NCBI RefSeq assembly: GCF_000143415.4
Contig: NW_003314265.1
Span: 2,993,181-3,057,180, forward strand
Direction of reading: 5' to 3'
Source: Selaginella moellendorffii
Taxonomy: Eukaryota > Plantae > Lycopodiophyta
DNA length: 64,000 nt
In this document: positions 61,601 through 64,000 of the stretch, piece by piece
How the letters are laid out: every line of letters starts with the position of its first letter
Numbering within the stretch: the first letter of the stretch is position 1
Position numbers and translations under genes: made by a program
The notes under the pieces: generated by a model
What the model was told of the DNA's origin: nothing
The model's input: only the letters and a program-made list of their open reading frames with translations
The model's database searches: none

Positions 61601-61870
61601 AACATGCATCGCACTTGCGCTGTCCCCAACATCTGCTTTCTTCTGAAGATTTTTCAAGGCAACAACAACATTTACCCCGACGACCATCTCTCCTCGTTTA
61701 ATAGCGACCACATTCCCATCGAAGACAGTCTCTACTGATACAACAGCATTGCCTTCCCCAAGCCTTTGACAGTGTATAACAAAGTTCCGATCCATAGACA
61801 CAAGGGTCCCTTTAGCAACTCTCTTCCCACCATTCAAAATGTAAACCTTTTCCCCAACCCTGAAGGCCAT
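58603..61870 (-). pseudogene. Sola-type DDD transposase (disrupted)
   Basis: Motifs FSKCDEC, IIHDKMDQ, LLLQTDNAGSENKN, FLMVGHTHEDVDAMFS. Stops at 61460 and 60722; solo LTR insertion at 59350-59543. Confidence 0.75.
59350..59543. mobile_element. 194-bp solo LTR
   Basis: TGTAAGC...GCTTACA with 5-bp TSD ACTGT. Removal restores MREWDTVWLLVNG in frame. Confidence 0.85.
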
Positions 61871-62234
61871 TCTGAAAGTGCAGAAAAGAAGTTAAGACCA
61901 TACAAAAAATGATTGGAGAATGGCCTAAATCATAACATACCAAACAACCTCAATAGCATGAGGCCACATGCCATTATTCAAACATGCTATTGACACCCAC
62001 GTGAAATTTTGCATTCACAAAATTGGCATGAGGCCTCATGCCATCTTGATATACACACAGCTGCAGGCAAGTAAAAACATACATGACAATACGCTAGCCA
62101 TGAAATTGCAAGGGCCCAAGATGGCATGTGGCCTCATGCCATTTCTAAATGTGGTCCTAAGCCATTCCATGGTGAACATACTAGGAAGCACAAGTGCCGA
62201 ATATCAAGAGGAAGCGGTAGCCACACCAAAGACA

Positions 62235-62370
62235 GTGCCGCTCGCAACACCGCAACTACTCGTAGTGCTGCTCGCAACACTGCAACTGCTCGTAGCGCTG
62301 CTCGCACAAATTGCCACTCGCATAAACTGCCGCTCGCAATGGTGCTCGCAATGCCGCAACCGCTCGTAGA
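62235..62370. repeat. ~30-bp degenerate tandem repeat
   Basis: GTGCTGCTCGCAACACYGCAACTRCTCGTA-type units. Confidence 0.75.
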
Positions 62371-63165
62371 CGCATAAACCACAGCTCACAACACCGCTTA
62401 CACAAGCAGCGCTCACTGCGCTCAGCGGAACCAAAAACACGGCGCACAAAAATGATAGACCTAGGAATGAGTTCGAGAATTCAAAAATAACACACGCTTG
62501 AATGTCACATCAAATCCTCTGACAAACTAGATCTTATGACTCCTCTGACAAATTTCAAACTGAGTAGCTTCTAGACTTTGCTGTCGGAGGTTGAACTTTG
62601 TCACATCATGTCCTTGCCTTGATCCAGCTGTGCCATGTCAGTGATTCGAACTTTGCCATGCCATGTCAGCGATCCGCACCAAGATTATTCGCCGTGTAAA
62701 GGAATAATTATGCTGTGTGTGTACGTCCATTTATGGCAATATAAGGCCACACGCCATTCAAAGAATAATGCTAGTCGAGCATTTTTTGGTGCATTTTTGG
62801 ATTCAAAATTGCATGAGCCCACACGCTATAAAGTTTACCTGTACCAAAAATAGAAACAACTTTATTTACTTGGGAATTTAAGTGGTTGAGGCATTTTTAA
62901 ACTTACAAACACATGCCCTACTTACATTCCTTTGGTTGCTTAAAATTCAAAAATATTATAAACCTTTCTTTTTGCATTTTCAATGTTTTCAATTATGGTT
63001 TTTGATTTTCGCAGGACCAGCCTAGTAATCTATTTGCATCCCGTCATGTTTATAGCTAGCTTTCGTTTGTCCCCTTCGCTAGCCTGAGATACATCTGCTC
63101 GGCATCTGCCTCTTACAGCATTTGCCCAGAAAGGGCATCTTTCTTCACGCAGCATTTGCCACATG

Positions 63166-63191
63166 TTTAGGGTTTAGGGTTTAGGGTTTAG
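63166..63191 (+). repeat. Short interstitial plant telomere repeat (TTTAGGG)3+
   Basis: TTTAGGGTTTAGGGTTTAGGGTTTAG. Confidence 0.85.
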
Positions 63192-64000
63192 CAATTCAGT
63201 AGCTTGATAAACATGCAAATACAGAACTTAATGCAAAATCCTTTGATATGTCACAATGCCCCTAGGACCATAAACACATTTCAATAGAGAGGGTCCTTTC
63301 ATTTCATAACTCCTTACGTAGATCTTGGTGAAACCAAAGTTAGTGAAGTTAGTTTCTTGTGATCCCGCATCTGATTGTGATGTCCCTTTGCAGTGTCGAT
63401 GGAAAGGTCAATGCACACCAAACTGTAAAATCTTGGAGCAAAATAACGGTCGGATCTATGGCAAATGCCCCTGAAACATTGTAAGGCTCGTGTGGTCTCA
63501 TGTGGTGTCCGATCGAGATGCTTCTTTGCAGGGTCATCAAGAAAGACATTGTATACCATTCTGTAAAATCTAGTTGCGATCTAACGGTTGGATCTCCAGA
63601 AAACTAGAAAAAAACTCGCGCGTGTCAGAATATCCTAGGAATATACTCCTATATGCCCCTGAAAATGGCATGCGGCCCCACACCATTCAAGAGATAACGC
63701 CAGATGACGCCAAAAATTTTTTGGTGCATTTTTTGGGTTCAAAATTGCATGAGCCCACACGCTATTAAGTTTATCTTTGCCAAATAGAGAAAAGTTTATC
63801 TGTGTCATGTGAGGTAGTTACAGTCCTTTGTGCTCGGCATCTGCCTCTTGCAACATTTGCACTAAAAGGGAATTTTTCTCCATTCAGCATTTGGCCCTAA
63901 AAATGGCATGCGCCCACACGCCATTCAAGGAATAACGCCATAGGACGCCTGGATTTTTGGGTTTAAAATGTTTAGGGTTTTTTGGGTTTTTTCAAAATAT

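Larger units (their letters stand above)
57023..64000 (-). mobile_element. Sola-like DNA transposon (right end at or beyond window edge)
   Basis: LTR homology ends abruptly at ~57022. Contains the transposase at 58603-61870, dispersed palindromic motifs and duplicated subterminal blocks. Termini and TSD are not resolved. Confidence 0.65.

Noticed and set aside
63166-63191. Chromosome end or fusion scar
   Set aside because: Only ~3.7 units inside a transposon; short telo-box-like runs are common.

Overview
Eukaryotic plant DNA. The ~50-60 nt introns, very short intergenic spaces and gene set suggest a lycophyte such as Selaginella (inference). Bases 1-10.1 kb are a compact gene island with four genes: CWC15 (3' part), an ankyrin-repeat MEKK-type MAPKKK, a kinesin-4 and an F-box/PP2 gene. 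Bases 10.9-64 kb are a deeply nested transposon pile, mostly resolvable by target-site duplications (TSDs). It holds a non-coding LARD-like LTR family (A), a second LTR family (B, with solo LTRs), a full-length chromodomain Gypsy (C), a TRIM, a CACTA relic, a 13.7 kb Mutator-like DNA transposon and a Sola-like DNA transposon. Three observations stand out. (1) The Mutator-like element carries five genes: a transposase, a spliced ParB-like + beta-class DNA amino-methyltransferase-like gene whose first intron holds three ~80-bp hairpins, two zf-XS-like zinc-finger ORFs and a small ORF. (2) That small ORF is also carried, with synonymous divergence, by the unrelated Sola-like element. (3) The Gypsy integrase is interrupted by canonical spliceosomal-looking introns. 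All translations and alignments were done by eye; no database searches were run.
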